A stretch of 64,000 nucleotides of DNA from contig CP147779.1 in NCBI GenBank assembly GCA_037308085.1, positions 2,688,001 to 2,752,000 on the forward strand, read 5' to 3'. Each line of letters opens with the position of its first letter. The stretch's first letter is position 1. The notes beneath the pieces are model-generated. The model was not told the DNA's origin. It saw only the letters and a list, made by a program, of their open reading frames with translations, and did no database searches. Origin of the DNA: Promethearchaeati archaeon SRVP18_Atabeyarchaeia-1. Its GTDB lineage: Archaea; Asgardarchaeota; Atabeyarchaeia; Atabeyarchaeales; Atabeyarchaeaceae. Below, piece by piece: positions 1 through 10,954 of this stretch. The translations under genes were made by a program, and so were the position numbers.

Positions 1-133
1 AGCAGAGCATGGCCTTGCTTACTCACGTCTCACCAAGAAAAGCTAGAAGGGCGGTCGCCAAATTGCCCTGTTTTCGTGGACGCATACGGTTAAATAAATG
101 GTGGTCCTTGATAAAATAGGGAGGAGATGAATT

Positions 134-1111
134 TTGGCTGAAAAACAGCAAAAGGGACTTGACCCCCAAGCGGCTGCCTTGCTGAAACAGATGGCGCAGC
201 TGAAGATGCCAGAGCTCCACACCTTAACACCGAAAGCGGCAAGAGACATGATGGATGCTGGAATCAAGATGATTGCAGGCAAGCCGGAAAAAGTATCCAA
301 AGTTGAAGACCTGAAAATCCCAGGTCCGGCAGGCCAAATACCTGTAAGAGTATACACTCCGGAAGGGAAGGGACCATTTCCCGTCTTCGTGTACTACCAC
401 GGAGGAGGCTTCGTCATCGGAAATGTTCCCCAGAGTGACAACTTCTGCAGAGGAGTCGCGAATAGAGCAGCGTGCGTCGTCGTGTCTGTCGAATACCGCC
501 TCGCTCCAGAACACAAGTATCCTGCAGCAGTAGATGATTCGTACACAACGACAAAATGGGTCTCAAAGAATGCGGATCGTATCAACGGTGATCCACACCG
601 CATCGCAGTCGGAGGAGACAGCGCCGGGGGAAACCTAGCTGCAGTTGTCTCCCTGAAAGCAAGGGATGAAGGCGAAAAGTTCCCGATCTACCAAGTACTC
701 ATCTATCCAGCCACGGATCTAACCGGTACAAGTACGGTCTCCAGAAATGAGTTTGCGGAGGGCTACTTCCTCACAAAGGCTGACATGCTGTGGTTCGGGG
801 AGCAGTACTTCAAGAAAGGTCAGGACCCCCGAGTTCCTTACGCATCCCCCTTATTGGCTCCAGATGTAGACAAGCTGCCACCAGCCCTCATAATAACAGC
901 TGGATTCGACCCGCTGAGGGACGAGGGAGAAGCCTATGGCGAACGACTGAAAAAGGCGGGTGTTCCTGCCAAGGTCTCACGATACGCTGGCATGATTCAC
1001 GGCTTCACATCAATGGATGGAGCAATCGACAAGGCAAAGGAAGCCATGAATGAGGTCGCAGCTAGTCTTAGCGAAGCGTTCAAGAGAGGCAAGATCCAGA
1101 AAAAGAAGTGA
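134..1111 (+). CDS. HSL-family alpha/beta hydrolase (esterase/lipase)
   Basis: HGGG oxyanion motif, GDSAG nucleophile, DPLRDEG and HGF catalytic motifs. Confidence 0.92.
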   Translation: MAEKQQKGLDPQAAALLKQMAQLKMPELHTLTPKAARDMMDAGIKMIAGKPEKVSKVEDLKIPGPAGQIPVRVYTPEGKGPFPVFVYYHGGGFVIGNVPQSDNFCRGVANRAACVVVSVEYRLAPEHKYPAAVDDSYTTTKWVSKNADRINGDPHRIAVGGDSAGGNLAAVVSLKARDEGEKFPIYQVLIYPATDLTGTSTVSRNEFAEGYFLTKADMLWFGEQYFKKGQDPRVPYASPLLAPDVDKLPPALIITAGFDPLRDEGEAYGERLKKAGVPAKVSRYAGMIHGFTSMDGAIDKAKEAMNEVAASLSEAFKRGKIQKKK

Positions 1112-1151
1112 TGGCCTGAACTGTGGGATCTCCAAGAAGGATGGGAGCGTG

Positions 1152-1775
1152 ATGAAAATGGCTTCCCAAGCAACGAAACAGATAAACCCTCACTTTTCGG
1201 TCTTGGCTCTAGTCGCATTCACAGTTGCCTTCCTAGTCGCCAGGACATTCACGACTTTGAGTCCGAGTACTGTCATCGTCCTTGAGGGCGCTATCCATAT
1301 ACATCATTTCTGGTTCGGCTTGATCCTGCTAGCTGTAGGTGGCTGGATGGGTATTGTCAACCAGAACATGAATATCGATCAGTTGGCCGCAGTTCTCTAC
1401 GGAGCTGGAGGAGGTCTCATAGCAGATGAGGTCGGGCTCCTCCTCACGCTCGGGGACTACTGGACTGAGCTAACATACACGCTTGTAATAGTTTTCTTCG
1501 CGTTAGCGTGTATGTCGATATTGTTGGCCAAGTATTGGCGAATCATTCGTACGCAGCTCTGGGGCATATCGAGGAGCGGCGCTATTCTTTATCTTGGCAT
1601 CTTCCTAGCAGCGATCTCAGTAGGATTTCTGTTGACGACAAGCAGCCTCATCGTTTTCGATGTTTCGATCGTTCTGCTACTCGCAGCCTGCGTAGTCGTC
1701 CTGATCTATCTCATTCAGCGGCTCAGGCTGACAGGCAGGGAAAACAAGAGAAAGCAAGTTCCAGTCAAGAGGTAG
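1152..1775 (+). CDS. Hypothetical integral membrane protein
   Basis: About 6 hydrophobic helices, HIHHFWFG and LIADE motifs; start moved to ATG 1152. Confidence 0.7.
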   Translation: MKMASQATKQINPHFSVLALVAFTVAFLVARTFTTLSPSTVIVLEGAIHIHHFWFGLILLAVGGWMGIVNQNMNIDQLAAVLYGAGGGLIADEVGLLLTLGDYWTELTYTLVIVFFALACMSILLAKYWRIIRTQLWGISRSGAILYLGIFLAAISVGFLLTTSSLIVFDVSIVLLLAACVVVLIYLIQRLRLTGRENKRKQVPVKR

Positions 1776-2051
1776 ACTAGAGCCCATCTGCAATCCGGCG
1801 GACGCGCCATGATACTGTGGCAAGACAGACCTTGCAGCCAAGGTTGTCGATTTCATTTACCACAATACTGGAAGGGATCTCAGGCCTCATGATCTTAAAC
1901 GCAACTCTCGTATGGCGAAAGGAGAAACATGGCCTTGAAGTAGCTGGTTGCAGAGCCTCCTTGCTCACGGGAACCAGCCAGTCTCACGCACGTGATACAA
2001 AAACCATATAACCTTAACGCCGCAAACCATCAGAGAGGAGAGTAGCGTAGA

Positions 2052-3491
2052 TTGTCTCTAGATCAAATCGCTTCGCGTTATGAGAAGCTGAGCAATCAGC
2101 TTGACGAGCAGTACTACAATCAGGATGCTGGCTTAACCTACGACCGCGAACTAATGAAGAAGCTTTCTGGCGAGTTGACTGAGGTCAGCCGCGAGTTCCT
2201 AGCCAAGTTCACCAAGCCCCGAAGCATGTACCTCGATTCAATAGCAACCATAGCCCAAGCTGAAAGGCTTGAGGTTGAGCTAGACTTCAAAGATCAACGC
2301 ATGGAGAAAGTCTCCACCGACAAATACGTGATGAACGGTAAACGGGTTAACTGGGGGAACTGGCGGCAATTTAACTCTCAGACTGATGACCCAAAGAAGC
2401 GTAAGGAAGTCTTCGACGAATTCATCTCGAAGGCACCATCCATCGCCCACCTTGTGGAGAAGCGCATGGGAATATCCCGCGAAGTCTATAGGCGCTACAA
2501 GCTAACTCCCTTGGACGCATACCTAGAATACGAGGAGATGACCTATGCAGACCTCATCAACTTCCTCGAGAAGCTCGGAGACGGCGCACGAAGCCACTTT
2601 CTCAAAGCTACAGACCGTTTCGCGCCTGAGATTCTGCACGAGCCTAGGGTAGAATACTATGACGACTTCTACACGTGGCGCGGGCGCATCTACAAGCCAT
2701 TGGACAAGATACTGGAAGAAAAAAACCCGCTTGCCGCGGTCAAGAAAGTGTTGACGTCCTTGGGCTTCGACCCTTCAAAGATCAAAGTCGACGCCGAAGA
2801 CCGGCCGAACAAGAGCCCGTCCGCCTCATGTTGGGGAATCAATATCCCGAACGACGTAAGAATCCTGTACAGGAAGACTTCACCCTTCGAGGATATTGGC
2901 AGTGTGTTCCACGAATTTGGGCACGGGATTCATGGTACTAGTGCAGACCCGAGCGACACCGTTTGGAAGCGATACATAGTTCCGAGGAGTGTAGCCGAGA
3001 CCTTCAGCATTCTCTTCGAGGAGATCACACACGACCCGGTATTCCTGACGCAAGAGTTGAAGCTTGAAAAGACGGCTGTGCTGGGCATACTCGACCGCCT
3101 CAAGTTCATGAACCTCGCGTTCCTGGTCTTCTACGCTGCAAACAGCATCATGAAGACTGAGTTCTGGAAGAAGAACTACACAGTAGAGCAGGCAGCAGAC
3201 CGCTGGCAGCAACTAACGAAGCGCTTCTTCATAGAAACACCAGGCTACTACTGGCTACTACACCACGTAATGCCCGACTATGATTTGTATTCACCCAGCT
3301 ACGTCATCGCTTCAGTAAGAGTCACAACCATTTGGCAGAAGCTTGGCGACGAATTTGGCGAGCCGTGGTGGAGGAACCCTCGAGCAGGACAGTACATACG
3401 CGAACTAGCTCAGACAAGAGGAGAGTTCAACATAAAACAATGGAAACTAGATCCAAGCGCATACTTGGAGGAACAAATCGCTACATCCTAA
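2052..3491 (+). CDS. M3/oligoendopeptidase-like zinc metallopeptidase
   Basis: HEFGH zinc motif, downstream E (AETFS), H-x-x-x-x-Y-x-x-Y region. Confidence 0.75.
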   Translation: MSLDQIASRYEKLSNQLDEQYYNQDAGLTYDRELMKKLSGELTEVSREFLAKFTKPRSMYLDSIATIAQAERLEVELDFKDQRMEKVSTDKYVMNGKRVNWGNWRQFNSQTDDPKKRKEVFDEFISKAPSIAHLVEKRMGISREVYRRYKLTPLDAYLEYEEMTYADLINFLEKLGDGARSHFLKATDRFAPEILHEPRVEYYDDFYTWRGRIYKPLDKILEEKNPLAAVKKVLTSLGFDPSKIKVDAEDRPNKSPSASCWGINIPNDVRILYRKTSPFEDIGSVFHEFGHGIHGTSADPSDTVWKRYIVPRSVAETFSILFEEITHDPVFLTQELKLEKTAVLGILDRLKFMNLAFLVFYAANSIMKTEFWKKNYTVEQAADRWQQLTKRFFIETPGYYWLLHHVMPDYDLYSPSYVIASVRVTTIWQKLGDEFGEPWWRNPRAGQYIRELAQTRGEFNIKQWKLDPSAYLEEQIATS

Positions 3492-3662
3492 CAACTTGGA
3501 TTTCCACCACCCTGCATCCCGAGATATGCCTAGGGTTGAAAAGGTATATTTGAAGTGAGGTCACCTCATCTACCCAAGCCGCGCTTACAATTGGAATCTT
3601 GGGTAACTCATTCAGAAGAAGACCAGCTATCAAGCCCACAGAATCTCTGAGGGGGGTGCAAA

Positions 3663-4511
3663 ATGAGTCTTGAACTTCCAGAGATAAAGATACTCGGAGA
3701 ACAAATGAATAAGCGGCTTCAAGGCAAACGCACTAAGTCTTATCAGCTGCGGGATTACGAGAGACTGCAGAAAATTGGCTTCATGAATAAGGACCTAAAA
3801 GCCTTTGACCAACTCGTCGATAGGAGAGTCGAGTCGGTTGTATCCAGAGGAAACACGATACTCGTGAAACTCAGCAACGCTGCAAACCTGATCCTCGGTC
3901 CTGAGTACGGTGGGGAGATACGATACCACGACAAAGGGGAGACGCCGCTAACCAAGTTCCACTTGAGAGTAGATTTCGCAGACGACTCGGCGCTGACAGT
4001 GAGGCTCACTAGCATGGGTGGGATATACGCCATGAAGGACGATGAGCTGCCTCATTCATACTTCTACAAGCGAGACTTCAACCCAAATGTAACTTCGCCT
4101 ACCGATGAGGGCTTCACCTTCGGCGGGTTTGCTGAATCTCTTTCCAAGAACGATAAGGCGCTCAAGTCAGTGCTCGTTGGTAAAGACGCCACCTTGGTGG
4201 GCATAAGGAATAGCTCGTTCCAAGACATTCTATACAGGGCAAAGCTCCACCCAAAGAGAAAAGCCTCTGAGCTGAATGCCGAAGAAAGGAGGAGGCTCTA
4301 CGACTCCATCAAGCACATCATATCCGAGCGAATCCGGTTAAATGGTAAAGAGGAATTCACCGACTTCTATGGAAGGCAAGGCAGCTACACACCAGCCATG
4401 GGTCCAAAGATGAAAGGATTAAGATGCACAGTATGCAAGACCCCCATCCAAAAACTCGGCATCGGAGGAGGGAACGTGTTTCTGTGCCCCAAATGCCAAG
4501 CCGAATCCTAG
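3663..4511 (+). CDS. Fpg/Nei family DNA glycosylase
   Basis: ELPE N-terminus, RG-x motif, H2TH region (GI..S..DILYRAKLHP), C-terminal CxxC...CxxCQ zinc finger. Confidence 0.85.
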   Translation: MSLELPEIKILGEQMNKRLQGKRTKSYQLRDYERLQKIGFMNKDLKAFDQLVDRRVESVVSRGNTILVKLSNAANLILGPEYGGEIRYHDKGETPLTKFHLRVDFADDSALTVRLTSMGGIYAMKDDELPHSYFYKRDFNPNVTSPTDEGFTFGGFAESLSKNDKALKSVLVGKDATLVGIRNSSFQDILYRAKLHPKRKASELNAEERRRLYDSIKHIISERIRLNGKEEFTDFYGRQGSYTPAMGPKMKGLRCTVCKTPIQKLGIGGGNVFLCPKCQAES

Positions 4512-4662
4512 TTTGGCTCCACACGTGACATCGACCTCAACTGAATATCCAAGGATTCGCAAGGCAACTTTTCAGAGCCAATGGCGCCGGCAAGCTTCAG
4601 CTAAATCATCCAACGATTACTGCGCGCTATCAAGTCAACCTGGGCATCATCAAAGCCATTGT

Positions 4663-5730
4663 TCAGAGCCCTTCCTTCTCCATCTTCTGGCGCTTTCTGG
4701 ACGCAATTGCCAACTTCTTCCCCAACCTCGAGCGCTCACTCTTTTTGACACTCACAACCCAGAGTTCCCTCTGCAACCTCTCATAGTTCTCGAAGTGCTC
4801 CCTTGAGAGGCTGCCATCTTCTATTGCCGCCTTAACCGCGCAGCCAGGTTCCGTCTTGTGCTTGCAGTTGCTGAACCTGCACTGTCTAGCTAATGCTTCT
4901 ATATCCTCAAAGGTACTTCCGATTACGTCTTGATCCCCTGTTACACCAAGACCTCTCATTCCAGGGTTGTCAATGAGCATCCCGCCGCTCGGCAACATGA
5001 CGAGTTCCCTATGCGACGTGGTGTGCCGACCCTTCTTGTCGTAATCCCTGACATCACGCGTCTCGAAGCGCTCCTCACCCAGCAGAGCGTTGATTATCGT
5101 TGACTTTCCCGCGCCCGAAGGACCCACGAGCGAGCCAGTCTTTCCATTGCCAAGGAACCTCCTCAATTGATCCAAGCCAGCACCAGTCTTCGCGCTGACA
5201 AAGATGAGAGGAGCCTCCCTCGCCACCGCTTTAGCTTGATTCAATACGCCACGTATGTCCTTGCAGAGGTCTGCCTTGTTCAGGACGACTACCGGCTTGG
5301 AGCCAGAAGCTGACGCCTGCGCTAGGTACCGCTCCAGACGATTCGCATTGAATTCCTCGTCCAAGGAAACTACTATGAATAAAATTTCCACGTTCGTGCA
5401 GACAACCTGATCGCCAGTATACTTCGAGATGTTGTAGGTTGCCCGCATAAACTTCGTTCTTCTCGGCAGAATGCCATTTATCGTCATCGTACCCATCTCA
5501 AGGTTCCCATCTACAGCAACCCAGTCGCCCACTGCAGGGTAGTCGCCGCTCTCCCTGCACTCGTAGCGCATCCTGCCAGAGACCTTGCCCCTAAATTCCC
5601 CAGTCTCCCCGATCGCCGTGTAGAGGTTTCCCTCATGTGACACGATCCTCGCCGGTTGAAAGCCAGATTCCCGATATTCGCGGAACGCTTCCTCCAATGA
5701 AGAGTCCCATCCAAGTGTTTCCAAGTTCAT
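4663..5730 (-). CDS. rsgA: Ribosome small subunit-dependent GTPase A (RsgA/EngC family)
   Basis: PAVGDWV OB fold, NKAD, GPSGAGKST, GRHTT, DNPG, CRFSNCKHKTEPGC zinc site; start placed at MNLETLGW. Confidence 0.9.
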   Translation of the reverse strand: MNLETLGWDSSLEEAFREYRESGFQPARIVSHEGNLYTAIGETGEFRGKVSGRMRYECRESGDYPAVGDWVAVDGNLEMGTMTINGILPRRTKFMRATYNISKYTGDQVVCTNVEILFIVVSLDEEFNANRLERYLAQASASGSKPVVVLNKADLCKDIRGVLNQAKAVAREAPLIFVSAKTGAGLDQLRRFLGNGKTGSLVGPSGAGKSTIINALLGEERFETRDVRDYDKKGRHTTSHRELVMLPSGGMLIDNPGMRGLGVTGDQDVIGSTFEDIEALARQCRFSNCKHKTEPGCAVKAAIEDGSLSREHFENYERLQRELWVVSVKKSERSRLGKKLAIASRKRQKMEKEGL

Positions 5731-6163
5731 GGATGCAGGAGGGAGCAGAGAATAGATATTAGCTTTGCCGTGCTTGTACGAAATGTTCGGATGTTGGCGC
5801 CGCGGAGATGGCATATGCTCTACCGCACAACGCTATTCATTTTGAGCGCGCACCAATCCGAAACATGTGACAGAATCAAACTGAGCGGGTTTGCTGCACT
5901 TAGGAAAAAAAGACGGGGTGTCAAGGGGAAGTCGATTTCAGTGGACTTCCAGAGCTGACTATTCCTACTACTTCTTCCTTCTACCATGCAGCACCATCAA
6001 AACAATCAAGACAAAAGCGAAAGATGAAATGGGGGTCTACCTATTCCACCCCCGTTTGCGATATGAGGTCCCTTTCCTACTAGCCTCGTGCGTCCTCGAA
6101 CCTGATTTTGCGCGATCTTCCCGCTCTTTCTCGCTCTACTTCATTGGCGGACGAGTTCTGCTC

Positions 6164-6910
6164 TTACTTTGTTTCACGTCTGAGGCGGCTTGGCAATACG
6201 AACCCCAAATACAGTAGAACCCCCGAGACACCCGCGGAAACCCAGCCCAGCAGGACCCATACGGTGTACCCCTCAGGCTCGAGCACTATCTCCCAAACCC
6301 TATCCAGAACAAAGAAGCAGTACGCGATGATAATAGCGAAGGCAGCCAGACGAATCAAAGAGAATCCTCTACGGGATGTTCCATCCGTCGTCTTATGCAT
6401 CGATGCGGTTGTCACTCTTGCCAAAGTGACGTATAGTGCGAGTGAAAAGAGCAGGTGAATCATGAGCACGGAAAGCAAGAGCGTCTCGAATATGGGCATG
6501 AACCAACTGAGCGGACCGAATACTGGCATGAGCACTGCCACAGATACCTCGACGAGAGCAAAGATCTTTAGCTTCGCTCCGCCGGCGCCTATTCCCTTGG
6601 AGAAGATCTCCAGCATGAAGACGTACAGGAAGATGTTGGCGATAGCGGACATACCGAAGGCGAGGCCCCATCCGAAGCTCTGGATGCCGAGGACCGGCTC
6701 AAAGAGGTTTGCGCCAATCAACTGCATGCAAGAAGTCAAGGTCAGGAACAGCGAGACCAGCGTGATGTACTTCGCCGCAGGCATCCTGCGATTCCTGTAA
6801 CGGACGTACAGGTTGATTGTCAGTAGAGCAAGTATTGTCGCTGCTACGACTTGGCTTAATCCAACAATCAAGACGCGGTCAGTGAAAGAAAGGCCAGTAA
6901 TATCTGCCAA
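6164..6910 (-). CDS. Hypothetical protein with about 7 transmembrane helices
   Basis: 248-aa ORF with repeated hydrophobic segments and an upstream GGAGG. Confidence 0.7.
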   Translation of the reverse strand: MADITGLSFTDRVLIVGLSQVVAATILALLTINLYVRYRNRRMPAAKYITLVSLFLTLTSCMQLIGANLFEPVLGIQSFGWGLAFGMSAIANIFLYVFMLEIFSKGIGAGGAKLKIFALVEVSVAVLMPVFGPLSWFMPIFETLLLSVLMIHLLFSLALYVTLARVTTASMHKTTDGTSRRGFSLIRLAAFAIIIAYCFFVLDRVWEIVLEPEGYTVWVLLGWVSAGVSGVLLYLGFVLPSRLRRETK

Positions 6911-7248
6911 AGCGAATACCTACCTCCCTGATCTGGATTAATGCTGCAGCTATTTTCTCGGCAAGTGCGATAATATAGCTTGCGGTCTGAATGCGAACAT
7001 CGCATGCAGCTTTCTTCACCTCAACAGACCAGGATCTACCTGCATCGCCCAAGCCCGGCTGAAAGAAGACAGAACACTCACAAGATTCGATTGCCCTCCG
7101 TATTACGCCCAGATTGGGGAAAATGCATGTTGCCACTTAATGCATAATCTTTGTATTCTGGTTTCTGCACTAGTGGATTATCGACTACTGTCTATTCATT
7201 AGCACAGATACGTTACGTCGTATGGGAGACGGATGCGCGGTGGTGTAA

Positions 7249-8820
7249 TTGGCTGAATTGAGGGAGTTGGACGCTGCGATATTTGACTTTTACTGTCATC
7301 TTAACGGTGTCTATGACCACGAAGAGGAGTTGTTCATTCCATCCGAAGGTAACACCAGAAAGACTCTAAGCGAGATAGATGAGTTGCGAGCTAAGCTTCA
7401 GAGTATGAGGGGATCCATAGAGAATGGCATTTGGAGTCAACACCTTGAGGACGTGCTGGATGGAATGGAGATGATGCTTCTTGAAGATCTGCGTCACCCA
7501 AGCAGGCATCTGCGCAGTCTCGGCTATTCAATAATCAGGATCCTGGAGGAAGAAGGAAAAAGACCCAAAGACAAGGCTGAGGTATTAATCTCAAAACTCT
7601 CGAATGCCGACTTGTTCTTCGAGAATCTCAAGGGGCTTTGTATAACTGCCACGGACGCAAGGATTGATCGCGCAATAACCTGCGCAAGAAACATGCAGAC
7701 CGACTTCGGCTATTTCATGAAAGTCGTTGAGTCATGGGCTAAAGACGAAAAGGAAGACTCAGAAGGAAGACTCTACCGGAGACTGATTGAGGAACTCAAG
7801 AAGCTGAAGGACCAGGCGCAACGGTTTGCGGCAAGTGCGGGTGACGTCAAGGGTCAAAAGAGGGAGATTCTGGAGGACGTACCGTACGGCGATTTTCTGG
7901 CTGGTCGATACGGAGTGCAGCTTGGATGGATTCTCACATGGTACGAAGATGAGCTGGAAGGCATAAAGAAGAAGATTGAAGAGTTGGCGGCAAAGCTAGA
8001 CTGCACCAAGAGCTCAACGGAGATTTTGAAGGAACGCATCCATACTCCGTACAACTCAGTCGAGGAAGTGTTCGTAGCGATGGGAGGTTTCTTGAAAACT
8101 GCTAGAGAGAAAGCGAGGTCCTACCTAGACTTCCCGGAGGACGAATCGTGCAAGGTCATTGGGCTGAAAGAAATGGAGAAAGATGTTTACCCCATGGGGC
8201 ACTCGGGCGGGCCTGATCCAATAAGGGGTGGGTTGACACACACTGTTGCCTTGAATCAGTATAACTTCAGAGCTTTTACCAAAGGCTGGCTGATGATGAT
8301 GGCCATACATGAGGCCTATTATGGGCACAACATTCACTGGATAAGAATCGCCATGGCGGATTTGCCCAAGACCTTCAAGATAGAAGGTGGCAAGGAGGTT
8401 CCGCTGGTTGAAGGATTGGCTCATAGAGGCGAAGAGCTTCTGCAGCATATCTATGGCGACGAAGCCTTTCCCCTGTTTGTTGCCTGGCGAAGGCTTCACA
8501 CGGCGCTTCGGGTCTACATTGACATAGCCCTGTTTCATCTCAAGACGTTGGAGCCTGAAGACGCTGTGAGGCTTTACATTGACGTAATGAATTTCGACGA
8601 CCAGACATCAAGAGGTCTTGTCGAGGCTCACTTGGAAAGCAGGGGCTATTTTGTTTGCTACTTCGCTGGCTATAAGATGATAGAGGAAATGAGGAAGAAG
8701 GCTAGCATGGGCGAGAAGGAGTTTAGCAATAGGCTTTTCTCAGCTGGATTCGTTTCGATAAAATGCATTAAAATGTTATTGGCAATAAAGGAGAGAATGT
8801 CCTGGGAAAACTATGGCTAG
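7249..8820 (+). CDS. DUF885-like putative metallopeptidase
   Basis: HEAYYGH, EGLA, R...R..IDIALFH and Y..GY motifs typical of DUF885. Confidence 0.7.
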   Translation: MAELRELDAAIFDFYCHLNGVYDHEEELFIPSEGNTRKTLSEIDELRAKLQSMRGSIENGIWSQHLEDVLDGMEMMLLEDLRHPSRHLRSLGYSIIRILEEEGKRPKDKAEVLISKLSNADLFFENLKGLCITATDARIDRAITCARNMQTDFGYFMKVVESWAKDEKEDSEGRLYRRLIEELKKLKDQAQRFAASAGDVKGQKREILEDVPYGDFLAGRYGVQLGWILTWYEDELEGIKKKIEELAAKLDCTKSSTEILKERIHTPYNSVEEVFVAMGGFLKTAREKARSYLDFPEDESCKVIGLKEMEKDVYPMGHSGGPDPIRGGLTHTVALNQYNFRAFTKGWLMMMAIHEAYYGHNIHWIRIAMADLPKTFKIEGGKEVPLVEGLAHRGEELLQHIYGDEAFPLFVAWRRLHTALRVYIDIALFHLKTLEPEDAVRLYIDVMNFDDQTSRGLVEAHLESRGYFVCYFAGYKMIEEMRKKASMGEKEFSNRLFSAGFVSIKCIKMLLAIKERMSWENYG

Positions 8821-8880
8821 AAGATTCCTGACTTGCTCGTTGCTCCCCCGGTCTCGGATAGCAGGACGAATTCTGGCCGC

Positions 8881-9522
8881 CTACTTCCTGCGAAGCCGCG
8901 GAAGCAGCCGCCTAGTGCGCTGCATGTACTCCTCATACCTGTTCCCAAAATGATCGAGCATCATTTGTTCCTCACCATCGATCCTCTTATAGATTATCAA
9001 CAAAGTCAACGCAGAGACAACTAGAATAAGCCAGTCAACCGCCACAAATCCTGTCGCAAACATGAAAATCAAAGATGCAGTGTACATCGGATGCCGGATT
9101 CGACTGTATGGTCCCCAAGTGACCAGTCTGTGCTTTGGCCTCACTTCTAGTTTGAATGTCCAAAACACTCCCAGAGCCCTGTGAGCCCAAACGAGTAGCG
9201 CAAGTGACAACACACCCAAGCTTACACCAAGCAACTCAACCCAAATTGGAGTCGGAAATGGGATTGCACTCCATGCCCGCCACGGAGGATAGACGATGTA
9301 GAGAAGCATCATGACAGCCCAAACGATCGCCACAAGATCCTGGAGCACAATGTCGCGCCTGCGCTCATACCTGCTACGGCGCAATCGAAACCTCTTACTC
9401 CTCAACTCAGGATCTATTGCCCTGACTTTGCGCTCATAGTATCCTCTGATGCCTCCAAACACGACCAGGAGAACTAGGAGAGTCAACCTGAAGAACAACT
9501 CTTCATCAATTGGGAAAAACAT
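8881..9522 (-). CDS. Isoprenylcysteine carboxyl methyltransferase (ICMT/PEMT) family protein
   Basis: LVTWGPYSRIRHPMY and EEQMM..FG..YEEY motifs. Confidence 0.88.
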   Translation of the reverse strand: MFFPIDEELFFRLTLLVLLVVFGGIRGYYERKVRAIDPELRSKRFRLRRSRYERRRDIVLQDLVAIVWAVMMLLYIVYPPWRAWSAIPFPTPIWVELLGVSLGVLSLALLVWAHRALGVFWTFKLEVRPKHRLVTWGPYSRIRHPMYTASLIFMFATGFVAVDWLILVVSALTLLIIYKRIDGEEQMMLDHFGNRYEEYMQRTRRLLPRLRRK

Positions 9523-9733
9523 TCCTCACAGTAACCTCCTAAAGAAGAACAACCTGAGAAAGCCGCGCGCACACCTTGATTCTAGGCGAGTCATTGTTTG
9601 AGCTAGGCATCTGCGCTCCTATAGGTATTCTTCTTCTCCACTTCATTGAAGACATCGTCAAGGTATCTTTAATTAGGAGGTGTCGGGAAAGCTATGATGC
9701 AATCTATCCTGCAACCACATTGCAGAGGAGGAC

Positions 9734-10057
9734 ATGAATATGATTAGTCGGATTTGGCACGGCTGGACTACACCAGCGAATGCTAGTACCTACGAGGCGC
9801 TCCTAAAGAGCGAAATCTTCGTCAACATAAAGAACCGTAAGATTCCCGGTTACCGAGGAATACACCTGCTTCGAAGGAATCTGGTCCGTGAAGTAGAGTT
9901 CGTAACGATCATGTGGTTTGACTCAATAGAAGCTGTTCGCACTTTTGCGGGTGAAGATTATGAAGTAGCAGTCGTCCCCTCAAAGGCAAGAGCCTTGCTC
10001 TCGCGGTTTGATGAACGCTCACAGCATTATGAAGTCAAGGCTGAAATGAAGACTTGA
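9734..10057 (+). CDS. Antibiotic biosynthesis monooxygenase-like protein
   Basis: ISRIWHGWT...FAGEDYEVAVV signature; GGAGG ribosome-binding site. Confidence 0.8.
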   Translation: MNMISRIWHGWTTPANASTYEALLKSEIFVNIKNRKIPGYRGIHLLRRNLVREVEFVTIMWFDSIEAVRTFAGEDYEVAVVPSKARALLSRFDERSQHYEVKAEMKT

Positions 10058-10120
10058 TCGCATAGAATCAAGCACGTTTAATAGCAGACATGAGTTCATA
10101 ATTGAAAGAGGGCTTCTAGG

Positions 10121-10687
10121 TTGCAGGGTTTCACCCACATCCTTGCAGCGGGGTTAATAACAGCGCTACTGATGACACACGCGTCATCCTTCTCACCGCT
10201 GTTCCTACTCGCCGCCGCATTTTCGCTTGGGATACTGAGCCACGGCGTCATTGACCCCTTCGGAAGGGCTACTTTCCATCCACCCGATATCCCGAGAGGG
10301 AAGGAGACCGGTGCAAGATTCTGGCTACCTTTCCACATCTTCATGTACCTCGCTATGGCAGCTTCAATCATCTGGCTGGTCCTCGCCTTCCAACACTACT
10401 GGTGGCTCATAGTCTCAGCCATGATCGGTTCAATGTTCCCCGACATTGTGGACCTAGGCTACCGCGGCTACGTGAATCTGCGAGGAAGGAGAACAAAACG
10501 AAGAACTTGGAGCACCTCGACTGAAATGAGCTTCCACAAATACCTTTGCTGGCCCATGGAGCAGGTTGCAGACCGCATTCTGCCCGACCTCGCCCAGAAT
10601 CCGAAAGCTGCCTCAGTTGAACTGGTATTCGACGGCGTTCTCGTCATTCTTCTAGTCTGGTGGCTCCGAGTTCCACTACTGCTCTAA
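10121..10687 (+). CDS. Membrane-bound metal-dependent hydrolase-like protein
   Basis: TH, SH..D and PD motifs within hydrophobic helices. Confidence 0.6.
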   Translation: MQGFTHILAAGLITALLMTHASSFSPLFLLAAAFSLGILSHGVIDPFGRATFHPPDIPRGKETGARFWLPFHIFMYLAMAASIIWLVLAFQHYWWLIVSAMIGSMFPDIVDLGYRGYVNLRGRRTKRRTWSTSTEMSFHKYLCWPMEQVADRILPDLAQNPKAASVELVFDGVLVILLVWWLRVPLLL

Positions 10688-10954
10688 ACTCAACAACTCT
10701 AGACAGAGATCGACGTTACGAGATATCTTCTCAGCTCGTTCTTCTGAGAAAGTGACTGGATTACCGATGCAAAGCCATTCTAAAGTCTCCAGACTACATG
10801 CCTGGAAACCAAAGCGATTAACTCCGTGTTCGACATCACACCGTTCAGATGTGTCACCGCCTTCATAAGGGAAAGAGCGATAGTCAGAGAGCCATACAGC
10901 ACAATCACCGAGAAGATATTTGAAGAACTAGCTGCTTCCAGCGCGCGGGGTTAG

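Noticed and set aside
8881-9522. ICMT-family gene as evidence of GTPase prenylation
   Set aside because: The family is widespread in prokaryotes, the gene is far from the GTPase, and the GTPase lacks a C-terminal Cys.
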